A program made the position numbers and the translations under genes. Source: an uncultured delta proteobacterium (GTDB lineage: Bacteria; Desulfobacterota; Binatia; HRBIN30; BPIQ01). Taken from it: a DNA stretch of 64,000 nt. Below, piece by piece: positions 9,035 through 18,000 of this stretch. The first letter of the stretch is position 1. Each line of letters begins with the position of its first letter. The stretch covers positions 512,001-576,000 of the forward strand of contig CAVXGR010000011.1 in the NCBI GenBank assembly GCA_963761335.1, written 5' to 3'. A model generated the notes under the pieces. It did no database searches and was not told the origin of the DNA. It worked only from the letters and a program-made list of their open reading frames with translations.

Positions 9035-9982
9035 ATGAATCCGAAACGGGTCCTGGTGACCGGTGCGGCGGGATTCGTCGGTGCCGTCCTGGTGCGGCGG
9101 CTGCTCGCCGACGGTCACGAGGTGCATGCGATCGTCCGCGCCAGCAGCTCGCCTTGGCGCCTCGCCGACGTCGATGCCGATCTGCGCTGGCACGCGCTCG
9201 ACCTGCGCGACGCCGCGGCGCTCGACCGCGCCCTGGCGGCGGCTCGCCCCGAGGTCGTCTTTCACCTGGCGGCGCACGGCGCCTATCCGGCGCAGACGGA
9301 GGTGGACGACATCCTCTCCACCAACGTCACCGGCACCTGGAATCTCCTCCGCGGCCTCGGGCGGCGCGACTACGAGATCCTCGTCAACACCGGCAGCTCC
9401 TCCGAGTACGGCTTCCGCGACACGCCGATGAACGAAGGGGATCGCCCCGCGCCCAACAGCTACTACGCCGTGGCCAAGACCTCGCAGACGCTGCTCTGCC
9501 AGCACGTCGCCCGCGCCGAGGGGCGGCCGATCACCACCTTCCGCCTGTTCAGCATCTACGGGCCGTACGAAGAGCCGACGCGCCTCATCCCCACGATCAT
9601 CCGCCGCTGCCTGAGCGGCGAGGACCTGGTGCTCACCTCTCCGCAGACAGCGCGCGACTTCGTCTTCGTCGACGACGCCGTGGACGCCTACCTGCGATTC
9701 GACCGCCTGGCGACTCTCTCCGGCGAGGTGATCAACATCGGCAGCGGCACGCAGAAGACACTGCAGGAGGTGGTCGATCTCGTGCTCCGGCACACCGGCG
9801 CCCGGGTGCGCTGCCAGTGGGGCACCATGCCCGACCGCATCTGGGACGCGCAGACGTGGGTCGCCGACGCGACGAAGAGCCGCCGGCTGCTCGGCTGGGA
9901 GCCCCACACCTCTCTCGACCAGGGCATCGCGCGTACGGTCGCGTGGAACCAGGAGCAACGTGCTGTCCCGCGAGTCGCCTGA
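9035..9982 (+). CDS. NAD-dependent epimerase/dehydratase (extended SDR)
   Basis: VLVTGAAGFVG, FHLAA, GSSSEYG, YAVAK, RDFVFVDD. Confidence 0.93.
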   Translation: MNPKRVLVTGAAGFVGAVLVRRLLADGHEVHAIVRASSSPWRLADVDADLRWHALDLRDAAALDRALAAARPEVVFHLAAHGAYPAQTEVDDILSTNVTGTWNLLRGLGRRDYEILVNTGSSSEYGFRDTPMNEGDRPAPNSYYAVAKTSQTLLCQHVARAEGRPITTFRLFSIYGPYEEPTRLIPTIIRRCLSGEDLVLTSPQTARDFVFVDDAVDAYLRFDRLATLSGEVINIGSGTQKTLQEVVDLVLRHTGARVRCQWGTMPDRIWDAQTWVADATKSRRLLGWEPHTSLDQGIARTVAWNQEQRAVPRVA

Positions 9983-10823
9983 GCCGGCCGCGGCAGGCGC
10001 GTTGGCGGAGGCCCATCTCGCCGAGCTCGCGGCGCGCGCCCGCACCGTGCGCGCCGCCGTGGTGCGCATGGCGCACTCCGGACGCACCCCGCACGTGGGC
10101 TCTGCCCTCTCCTCAGTCGACATCCTGGTGACCCTTTACTTCCGCGCCCTGCGCCTCGATCCGGCGGCGCCGGCCAGCGCTGCCACCGACCGCTTCATCC
10201 TCAGCAAGGGCCACGGCTGCATGTCCTACTACGCCACCCTGGCCGAGCGCGGCTTCTTCCCGCGCCAGTGGCTGGACACCTACGCGCTCAACGGCGGCCG
10301 CCTGGCGGAGCACCCGAGCCCGCGCGGCATCCCCGGCGTGGAGGTCGCCACCGGCTCCCTCGGCCACGGCCTCGCCGTGGGCACCGGGGCGGCGTTGGGG
10401 CGGCGGATGAACGGCCGGCCGGGACGGACCTTCGTCCTGCTCAGTGACGGCGAGTGCAACGAGGGCAGCGTCTGGGAAGCGGCGATGTTCGCCGCCGGCC
10501 GGCGGCTCGACTCGCTGGTGGCGATCGTCGACTACAACAAGCTCCAGGCGATGGGTCGCTCCGAAGAGATCACCGCGCTGGCGCCGCTGGCGGAGAAGTG
10601 GCGCGCCTTCGGCTGGTGCACCCGCGAGGTCGACGGACATGATCTGGCGACGCTGGCGCGCTGCTTCGACGAGGTTCCCTTCGCCGCCGGACAGCCAAGC
10701 GCCGTGATCGCGCACACGGTGAAGGGGAAGGGCGTGTCGTTCATGGAGGACGACACCGAATGGCACTACCGGCCGCCGACGGACGAGGATCTGGCCCGCG
10801 CCCTCGCCGAGATCGAAGGCTGA
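9960..10823 (+). CDS. Transketolase-like protein, N-terminal (TPP-binding) subunit
   Basis: HVGSALS, DRFILSKGHG, TGSLGHGL, SDGECNEGSVWEA, HTVKGKG. Confidence 0.93.
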   Translation: MLSRESPEPAAAGALAEAHLAELAARARTVRAAVVRMAHSGRTPHVGSALSSVDILVTLYFRALRLDPAAPASAATDRFILSKGHGCMSYYATLAERGFFPRQWLDTYALNGGRLAEHPSPRGIPGVEVATGSLGHGLAVGTGAALGRRMNGRPGRTFVLLSDGECNEGSVWEAAMFAAGRRLDSLVAIVDYNKLQAMGRSEEITALAPLAEKWRAFGWCTREVDGHDLATLARCFDEVPFAAGQPSAVIAHTVKGKGVSFMEDDTEWHYRPPTDEDLARALAEIEG

Positions 10824-10828
10824 GCTTT

Positions 10829-11755
10829 ATGCGCAACGCCTTCATTCGCGCCCTCACCGAGGTAGCCGGCGACGACGAGCGCATCGTCTTTCTCACCGCC
10901 GACCTCGGCTTCAAGCTCTTCGACGACTTCGCCCGCCGCTTTCCCGGCCGCTTTCTGAACGTCGGCGTCGCCGAGGCCACCATGGCGAGCGTCGCCAGCG
11001 GCCTCGCCCTCGAGGGCAAGAAGCCGTTCATCTACTCGATCGTTCCTTTCGCCACGCTGCGTTGCTACGAGCAGATCCGCGTCGACATCTGCTACCACGA
11101 GGCCGACGTCACCGTCGTCGGCGTCGGCGGCGGCTACAGCTACGGATTGAACGGCCCCACGCACCACGCCATCGAGGACATCGCGGTGATGCGCGCCCTG
11201 CCCAAGATGACGGTGATCTGCCCCGGCGACCCGCTCGAGACCGCCGCCGCGGTGCACGCCCTGGCGCGCCACCGCGGCCCCGCCTACCTGCGCCTCGGGC
11301 GCGCCGGCGAGCCGGTGGTGCACGCCGCGCCGCCCCAGCTCCGCATCGGCGAGAGCATCCAGCTGCGCGACGGCGGCGACGTCTCGCTGCTGTCCACGGG
11401 CAACATGCTCGCCACTGCCGTCTCGGTTGCCGACCTGCTGTCCCCGCAGGGCGTCTCCTGCCGCGTGGTGAGCATGCCGACGGTCAAGCCGTGCGACACC
11501 GGCGCCATCGCCGCGGCAGCACGCCGCACGCCGATCATCGCCACCCTGGAGGAGCACAGCCGCATCGGCGGCCTCGGCAGCGCCGTCGCCGAGCACATCG
11601 CCGAGATGGGCGTGCCGGTGCGCCTGCAGCGCTTCGGCGCCGCCGACGAGTTCTCGCACGTCTGCGGCGATCAGGATTTCCAGCGCCGGGAGAACGGTCT
11701 GGCGCCGTCGCAGATCGCCGCCCGCCTGCTCGAGCTGGTGCAGGGCGCCTCCTGA
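10829..11755 (+). CDS. Transketolase-like protein, C-terminal subunit
   Basis: LTADLG, NVGVAEATM, RCYEQIR, GPTHHAIED, LEEHSRIGGLGSAV. Confidence 0.93.
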   Translation: MRNAFIRALTEVAGDDERIVFLTADLGFKLFDDFARRFPGRFLNVGVAEATMASVASGLALEGKKPFIYSIVPFATLRCYEQIRVDICYHEADVTVVGVGGGYSYGLNGPTHHAIEDIAVMRALPKMTVICPGDPLETAAAVHALARHRGPAYLRLGRAGEPVVHAAPPQLRIGESIQLRDGGDVSLLSTGNMLATAVSVADLLSPQGVSCRVVSMPTVKPCDTGAIAAAARRTPIIATLEEHSRIGGLGSAVAEHIAEMGVPVRLQRFGAADEFSHVCGDQDFQRRENGLAPSQIAARLLELVQGAS

Positions 11756-11795
11756 AGCAGGCCGCCGGAACCTCCCCGGCGCACGGCCGCCAGCC

Positions 11796-12518
11796 ATGAG
11801 CGAGCATCCCGAAGTATCGATCATTCTTCCGATCCACAATCAGGCGGATCACCTCGCCCCGGTGGTCCAGGGCTACCTCTCCGTGCTCGAGCGCCTGAAG
11901 CACACCTTCGAGCTGGTGTTGGTGGTCAACGCCAGCAGCGACGCCTCGCTGGAGGTCTGCCAGCAGATGGCGGAGAAGCGCGCCGACCTGCGCGTCCTCC
12001 ACAGCGAGGAGGGGGGCTGGGGCCGCGCCGTGCGCGACGGCATCGAGGCGGCGCGCGGCGACATCATCGCCTACACCAACTCGGCGCGCACCAGCCCCTA
12101 CTCTCTCGGTCTTCTCGTCATGCTGGCGCTCGCCAACCCCGAATGCGTGCTCAAGGCAAACCGCCGGCTGCGCTATCCCTTCTTTCGCCGCCTCGGCTCG
12201 ATGCTCTACAACCTCGAGTGCCGCGCCCTCTTCAGCCTCGCCGTGTGGGACGTCAACGGCACCCCCAAGGTGTTCAACCGCCGGCAGAGTCGGCTGCTGA
12301 ACCTGCAGGAGAGCGGCGATCTGATCGACCTCGAGTTCGTCGTCAAATGCCGTCGCCACAACCTGCAGATCCTCGAGGTGCCGATCGTCTCGGCGGCGCG
12401 CTACGGCGGCGACTCGACGACGCGCCTGGGCTCGGCCCTGGGCATGTACCGCGGCGCCCTGCGCATGTGGCGCGCCATGCGCCAGCCCCTCCCCGAGGAG
12501 GACTCCGCAGCGCGATGA
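11796..12518 (+). CDS. Glycosyltransferase family 2 (DPM synthase-like)
   Basis: VSIILPIHNQA, GWGRAVRDG, DVNGTPKVF, ILEVPI; the usual DxD aligns to TNS. Confidence 0.85.
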   Translation: MSEHPEVSIILPIHNQADHLAPVVQGYLSVLERLKHTFELVLVVNASSDASLEVCQQMAEKRADLRVLHSEEGGWGRAVRDGIEAARGDIIAYTNSARTSPYSLGLLVMLALANPECVLKANRRLRYPFFRRLGSMLYNLECRALFSLAVWDVNGTPKVFNRRQSRLLNLQESGDLIDLEFVVKCRRHNLQILEVPIVSAARYGGDSTTRLGSALGMYRGALRMWRAMRQPLPEEDSAAR

Positions 12519-13696
12519 AAGAGCCGCGCCGCGACCAGCTGTGGGCCGCGCACGACGCGGCGCTGCGCCAGCCCGAGGACATCGTCGCCTTCTGGGAAGG
12601 GGCGCCGGCGCCCGATCCCCGCCTGCTCCGCTGCCAGACGCGCGGCCGCTGGTGGGAGACACTCGCCGAGAAACGCATCACCCTCCTGGTCACCCGCGAG
12701 TACGAGCACCTGCTGATGGCGCTCTCGGCCGGCGAGAGCGGCTCCTCGGCGACCTTCCTGCGGCTGCCGCATCCCTCCGGCCTGGTCGCCGATCGCCAGC
12801 GAAGGCGCGTCTACGTCGCCAGCACGCGCAATCCCAACCAGATCTACGTCCTGCGCCCGGCCGCAGCGCCGCCGGCGGAGCGGCCGCTGATGCCCGCCGC
12901 CGCCTGGTTCTTTCCCGGCCGCCTCTACCTGCACGATCTGGCGCTGATCGGCGGGGCACTGTACGGCAACTCCGTGGGGCAGAACGCGGTGGTGCGCCTG
13001 CGCCCCTCGGGAGAGCACGAGCGCGCCTGGTGGCCGCGCTGCATCGAGATCGATGACCAGCCGCGGTTCGCGCGCAACCATCTGCAGCTCAACTCGATCG
13101 CCGCCGGCGCCAGCCTCGAAGATTCCTTCTTCTCCGCCTCGACCGACGAGGTCGGCGAGAGCGTTCCGGGCGACGCCGACTTTGCCGTCGATCGGCGCGG
13201 CGTGATCTTCTCCGGGAGATCGCGCCAGGTGATCGCCCGCGGGCTCACCCGGCCGCACTCGGCGCGGCTGCACGGCGACGCGCTCTGGGTCGACAACAGC
13301 GGCTACGGGGAGGTCGGCGTGGTCGAGGCAGGAGGCTTCCGCGCCGTCCATCGGCTCTGCGGATGGACCCGCGGGCTGGCCTTCTGCGACGACGTGATGT
13401 TCGTCGGCACGTCTCGCGTTTTGCCGCGATTTCGGCAATATGCACCTGGTCTCGAGGTCGAGACCAGCGAGTGCGGCGTGCACGCCATCGATCTGGCCTC
13501 GGGCGAAATCCTGGGCAGCATCGTCTGGCCCTTTGGAAATCAGATCTTCGCAATCGACTGGACCCCCGTGGAGATGACCAGGGCACTGCCCTTTCGGACG
13601 GATGAGGAGCCCTCGAGCCAGCGGCGCGTCGGCCTCTTCTACGGCTTCGATCTGGAGGCGAGCGGGAACGATTCGGCCGAGGAGGATTCGAACTGA
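12515..13696 (+). CDS. DUF4915/TIGR03032-like beta-propeller protein
   Basis: YLHDLA, NHLQLNSIA, GLTRPHSARLH, LWVDNSGYGE, GWTRGLAF; start overlaps the GT2 stop (ATGA). Confidence 0.8.
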   Translation: MKEPRRDQLWAAHDAALRQPEDIVAFWEGAPAPDPRLLRCQTRGRWWETLAEKRITLLVTREYEHLLMALSAGESGSSATFLRLPHPSGLVADRQRRRVYVASTRNPNQIYVLRPAAAPPAERPLMPAAAWFFPGRLYLHDLALIGGALYGNSVGQNAVVRLRPSGEHERAWWPRCIEIDDQPRFARNHLQLNSIAAGASLEDSFFSASTDEVGESVPGDADFAVDRRGVIFSGRSRQVIARGLTRPHSARLHGDALWVDNSGYGEVGVVEAGGFRAVHRLCGWTRGLAFCDDVMFVGTSRVLPRFRQYAPGLEVETSECGVHAIDLASGEILGSIVWPFGNQIFAIDWTPVEMTRALPFRTDEEPSSQRRVGLFYGFDLEASGNDSAEEDSN

Positions 13697-14622
13697 TGGC
13701 GGATTTTCGATTGCTCATGTTGTCGGCGATGTACGAGAACGGCGGCAACACGACGCACCGGCTCCTCGACGGGCACCCGCAGCTGCGCGTCTACCCGTTC
13801 GAGTCACAGCTCGGCACCCATCTGGTCCACGACCACCTGACCTCGATGTTTCCGGTCAAGTACCGCTGGCCGGTGTTTCGCCTCGACGCCACCCCGGAGG
13901 AGGACTACCAGGCGATCATCGACGAGGAGGGCAAGGTGCGGGCGCGCACGCCGCAGGTGAGCAAGTTCCGCCACATGCCCTTCGATTTCAGCGACGACGA
14001 GCGCAAGCGCCTGTTCGTCCGCTACGTGCGCGAGAGCGGCCGCTCGCGGGCCCACAACGTCGCTGCTTTCTTCCGCGCCACCTTCGACGCCTGGCGCGAT
14101 TTCCGGCGCACCGAGGAGCAGAGCGTGCACGTGGGCTACAGCCCGATCGTGGGGGTGGACGCCGACAAGATCCTCGACGACTTCGCCGAGGCGCACGTGC
14201 TGCACGTGGTGCGCAATCCGTGGTCTGCCTACGGGGATACCAAGAAGCGGCCGGTGCCGATGTCGCTGGAGCGATACGTCACCGCCTGGGTGACCACGCA
14301 GCACCACGCCCTGGTCTTCCAGCGCCGCTACCCCGGCCGCATGCACGTGCTGCGCTACGAGGACATCATCGATGACCCGCAGGCCATTCTCGGCGCGCTC
14401 TGCGAGGCCATGGGGCTGCGGAAGAGCGCGACCCTGGCGCGGCCGACGTGGAACGGCACGGAGCTCGAGGAGGTCTACCCGTGGGGCACCATCCGGCGGG
14501 CAACGCCCGCGGTGAACGAGAGCACCGCGCAGGAGCTGTCCTCACAGGAGCAGGAGCGAATCCGCCTCTGGGCCCAGCCGTACCTCGATACCTTTCACTA
14601 CGATCGACCCGGACGCGGCTGA
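13696..14622 (+). CDS. Sulfotransferase-fold protein with atypical PAPS motifs
   Basis: ENGGNTTHRLLDGHPQL, LHVVRNPW, VLRYEDIIDDP. Confidence 0.8.
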   Translation: MADFRLLMLSAMYENGGNTTHRLLDGHPQLRVYPFESQLGTHLVHDHLTSMFPVKYRWPVFRLDATPEEDYQAIIDEEGKVRARTPQVSKFRHMPFDFSDDERKRLFVRYVRESGRSRAHNVAAFFRATFDAWRDFRRTEEQSVHVGYSPIVGVDADKILDDFAEAHVLHVVRNPWSAYGDTKKRPVPMSLERYVTAWVTTQHHALVFQRRYPGRMHVLRYEDIIDDPQAILGALCEAMGLRKSATLARPTWNGTELEEVYPWGTIRRATPAVNESTAQELSSQEQERIRLWAQPYLDTFHYDRPGRG

Positions 14623-14644
14623 GAGTGTGTTCAGCTCGAGCAGC

Positions 14645-14812
14645 AAGAAGGGGACTGGCTCCTTTTCGGCGCCAAGGCGATTCGAGCAAGGACTCGCTGC
14701 TCGTCGCCGAAAAGGTGCCTGTCCCCGCCCGCTCGTGCCGGGGGACAGGCAACTTTTGCGGGCGAGATTGCTGCTGCCATGAGATGCCGAGGCGCAAAAG
14801 TAGCCTGTCCCC
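14645..14812. repeat. Repeat family D (AAAAGGTGCCTGTCCCC / GGGGACAGGCAACTTTT palindromes)
   Basis: Related arms at 8567-8667 and 38495-38573. Confidence 0.8.
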
Positions 14813-14827
14813 AGCCCTGATCTTCCC

Positions 14828-16690
14828 GTGGCTGCACCGCTGATCACTGCGGCAATTCTCGCCGGCTACGCCGTGAGTCTCTGGTGGCTGCTGCGCGGCG
14901 AGCCGCGCCCTGCTCTGCTGGCCCTCATCGTCATCTGCAGCCTCTCGCTGACTTTGCGCCTGGCGTTCACCGGCGACTACCCCGCCGGCCTGCACGACGA
15001 CGAGCCCAAGATCCTCGGCAGCGTCATCCCGCAGCTGCGTCGCAGCGAGCTGTTCGCCGAGGACTCCACCGGCCTGCCGGTGCTGATGACCGCCATCTTC
15101 CAGGCGCAGCTGGTACCCCTCCTCGGGCCCGGGCGATGGGCGATCCGCACCTACTCCTTGGTCACCGGCGTGCTCGCCAGCCCGGTGGCCTATGCCGCTG
15201 CCCGCGGCATCGGCCTGACCGTCGGCTCGAGCCTCGCCGCCGGAGCCTTCCTCGCCGTGCTCCCCTGGTCGATCTTCTGGGGCCGCGTCTCCATGGGCGG
15301 GGAGCTGCCCTTTCATCAGCTGCTGCTGATCGCGGCGCTGGCGCGCTTGATCTGGCGCCGCGGCCGCTTCGCCGAGGTCGGCGTGGGCGGCCTCGGGCTG
15401 GCGGGCCTGCTCTACGACTATCTCGCCGGCCGCGTCATGCTCGGTCTGCCGATCCTGGCGGCGGGGCTCGCCAGCGGCTGGCGGCGGCGCCTCCTCTGCC
15501 TCGCGGTTCTGCTGCTGGCACTCGCCGCTTGGTATCCGTACATCGGCTCGGGGCCGCGGCACGGCATCCACAGCGGCACGGATCTGATCGACCCGGGGTA
15601 CGCGCAGCGGCCCGTGGCCACGGTGCTGGCCAAGCTCGGCGGCGTCGCTGCGGCGCTGGTCTCACCGGCAGCCACCCACGGAGCCCTGACGATCGCCTCC
15701 GGGGCCATGCATCCGCCGCTGATCCTGGCGCTGGCGCTGATCGGCTCGCTCTATCCGTTTCGCCGCGCCCTCTTCCTCTGGGGCGGCTTTCTCGGCGGCC
15801 TGGTGCCGACGCTGCTGAGTGTCGGTGTGTCGGTGAGCTCACACCGCATGATCATGGCCTATCCGTTTCTGCTGCTCGCCGCCGCCAGCTCCTTCGATCT
15901 GTTGCGGGTCGCGCGGCTGCGCCACCTCGCCACCGCCGCCGCGGTGCTGGTGATCGCCGTGCAGAGTATCGGGCTCTACTTCTCTCCGGCCTTCTGGCCG
16001 GTCGAGGATCGCTGGTCGTTCAACGCCGACCGCACCGCCCTGATCGAGTCGCTGCCGATGCCGCCGCACCCGCCGATCTACATCGGGCCCAACTTCGGAT
16101 CCTTCTTCAAGCCCCGCCTGGAGGTGGACGGCGGCATACGCCTTCTGTCGGTCGACAACTGGTTCCCTCCCGACAACACCCCCACCACCTTCGCCTTCAG
16201 CGTGCTGGCGGCGCCGCTGCGCCCCTTCTACTCCGACCTGCTCGGCACGCAGCGCATCCAGACCTTCGGGGGAGAGTTCCTGGTCCACTTCGAGAGCCGC
16301 GACTGGTCGTGGATGCGCGGCCACGGCTGGACGTACGAGGTCACCTGCGGCATCGAGACCCGGCGCACGCAGATCCCCGTCATGTACCACGCGGCGCTGA
16401 CCTTCACCGGCATGTTCTGCCCGCAGCTCTCACGGCACACCTGGCGCGGACAGTGGCATGGACCGGCGGAGACGGTGCGCCTGCGCTTCAATGGCCACGC
16501 CTCGGTCGCCGTTGACGGGCGTCCGCTCGCCGACGGCCAGGGACGGGAGCAGAAGCTCGACTTCGAGGTCACCCCGGGCGCCCAGATGGAGATCCAGGTC
16601 GACACCATCGGCAATCTCTGGGCCGCCATGATGGAGCTGACGCCGGTCGCCGAGCATCTCCCGGCGTGGGACCTGGTGACGCCGGGGTGA
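14828..16690 (+). CDS. GT-C fold membrane glycosyltransferase (PMT/GT39-like) with C-terminal periplasmic beta domain (PA14-like)
   Basis: YPAGLHDDE motif after the first TMs, many TM helices, WAIR, C-terminal WRGQWHG..LRFNGHASVAVDG. Confidence 0.7.
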   Translation: MAAPLITAAILAGYAVSLWWLLRGEPRPALLALIVICSLSLTLRLAFTGDYPAGLHDDEPKILGSVIPQLRRSELFAEDSTGLPVLMTAIFQAQLVPLLGPGRWAIRTYSLVTGVLASPVAYAAARGIGLTVGSSLAAGAFLAVLPWSIFWGRVSMGGELPFHQLLLIAALARLIWRRGRFAEVGVGGLGLAGLLYDYLAGRVMLGLPILAAGLASGWRRRLLCLAVLLLALAAWYPYIGSGPRHGIHSGTDLIDPGYAQRPVATVLAKLGGVAAALVSPAATHGALTIASGAMHPPLILALALIGSLYPFRRALFLWGGFLGGLVPTLLSVGVSVSSHRMIMAYPFLLLAAASSFDLLRVARLRHLATAAAVLVIAVQSIGLYFSPAFWPVEDRWSFNADRTALIESLPMPPHPPIYIGPNFGSFFKPRLEVDGGIRLLSVDNWFPPDNTPTTFAFSVLAAPLRPFYSDLLGTQRIQTFGGEFLVHFESRDWSWMRGHGWTYEVTCGIETRRTQIPVMYHAALTFTGMFCPQLSRHTWRGQWHGPAETVRLRFNGHASVAVDGRPLADGQGREQKLDFEVTPGAQMEIQVDTIGNLWAAMMELTPVAEHLPAWDLVTPG

Positions 16691-16700
16691 AGAAGAAGAA

Positions 16701-18000
16701 GAAGAGAATGTAAAATGGAGAACCGGTGACCGGGGATGGAGAACCGGTTATCGGTTAGCTCTACATTTTTCATCACCGTCGCCGATTGTTCGTTGCGTTC
16801 CTCCGGCGGCCGGGACGGCCGCGCTCCCAGGCGAGCGATCAGACTGGTAGAAGCGGCGTCCCGCCGCTTTCGGTGGCGGGCGGCCGGTCATTCGACATTC
16901 TCCGTCACCGGTCACCGGTTGTTCGTTGCGTTCCTCCGGCGGCCGGGACGGCCGCGCTCCCAGGCGAGCGATCAGACTGGTAGAAGCGGCGTCCCGCCGC
17001 TTTCGGTGGCGGGCGGCCGCTCATTCGACATTCTCCGTCACCGTCGCCGATTGTTCGCTGCGTTCCTCCGGCGGCCGGGACGGCCGCGCTCCCAGGCGAG
17101 CGATCAGACCAGTAGAAGCGGCGTCCCGCCGCTTTCGGTGGCGGGCGGCCGGTCATTCGACATTCTCCGTCACCGTCGCCGGTTGTTCGCTGCGTTCCTC
17201 CGGCGGCCGGGACGGCCGCGCTCCCAGGCGAGCGATCAGACCAGTAGAAGCGGCGTCCCGCCGCTTTCGGTGGCGGGCGGCCGGTCATTCGACATTCTCC
17301 GTCACCGTCGCCGGTTGTTCGCTGCGTTCCTCCGGCGGCCGGGACGGCCGCGCTCCCAGGCGAGCGATCAGACCAGTAGAAGCGGCGTCCCGCCGCTTTC
17401 GGTGGCGGGCGGCCGGTCATTCGACATTCTCCGTCACCGGTCACCGGTTGTTCGTTGCGTTCCTCCGGCGGCCGGGACGGCCGCGCTCGCAGGCGAGCGA
17501 TCAGACCAGTAGAAGCGGCGTCCCGCCGCTTTCGGTGGCGGGCGGCCGGTCATTCGACATTCTCCGTCACCGGTCACCGGTTGTTCGCTGCGTTCCTCCG
17601 GCGGCCGGGACGGCCGCGCTCCCAGGCGAGCGATCAGACCAGTAGAAGCGGCGTCCCGCCGCTTTCGGTGGCGGGCGGCCGGTCATTCGACATTCTCCGT
17701 CACCGTCGCCGGTTGTTCGTTGTGTTCCTCCGGCGGCCGGGACGGCCGCGCTCCCAGGCGAGCGATCAGACCAGTAGAAGCGGCGTCCCGCCGCTTTCGG
17801 TGGCGGGCGGCCGGTCATTCTACATTCTCCGTCACCGTCGCCGATTGTTCGTTGTGTTCCTCCGGCGGCCGGGACGGCCGCGCTCCCAGGCGAGCGATCA
17901 GACTGGTAGAAGCGGCGTCCCGCCGCTTTCGGTGGCGGGCGGCGGGTCATTCTACATTCTCCGTCACCGGTCACCGGTTCTCCATTTTACATTCTCTTCT
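16701..18000. repeat. Tandem array of 9 x 132-133 bp composite REP units inside a family G element
   Basis: GCGATCAGAC at 16835, 16968, 17100, 17232, 17364, 17497, 17630, 17762, 17894. Confidence 0.97.

Noticed and set aside
16770..17990. CRISPR array
   Set aside because: Units are near-identical along their whole length, with no unique spacers and no cas genes in the window
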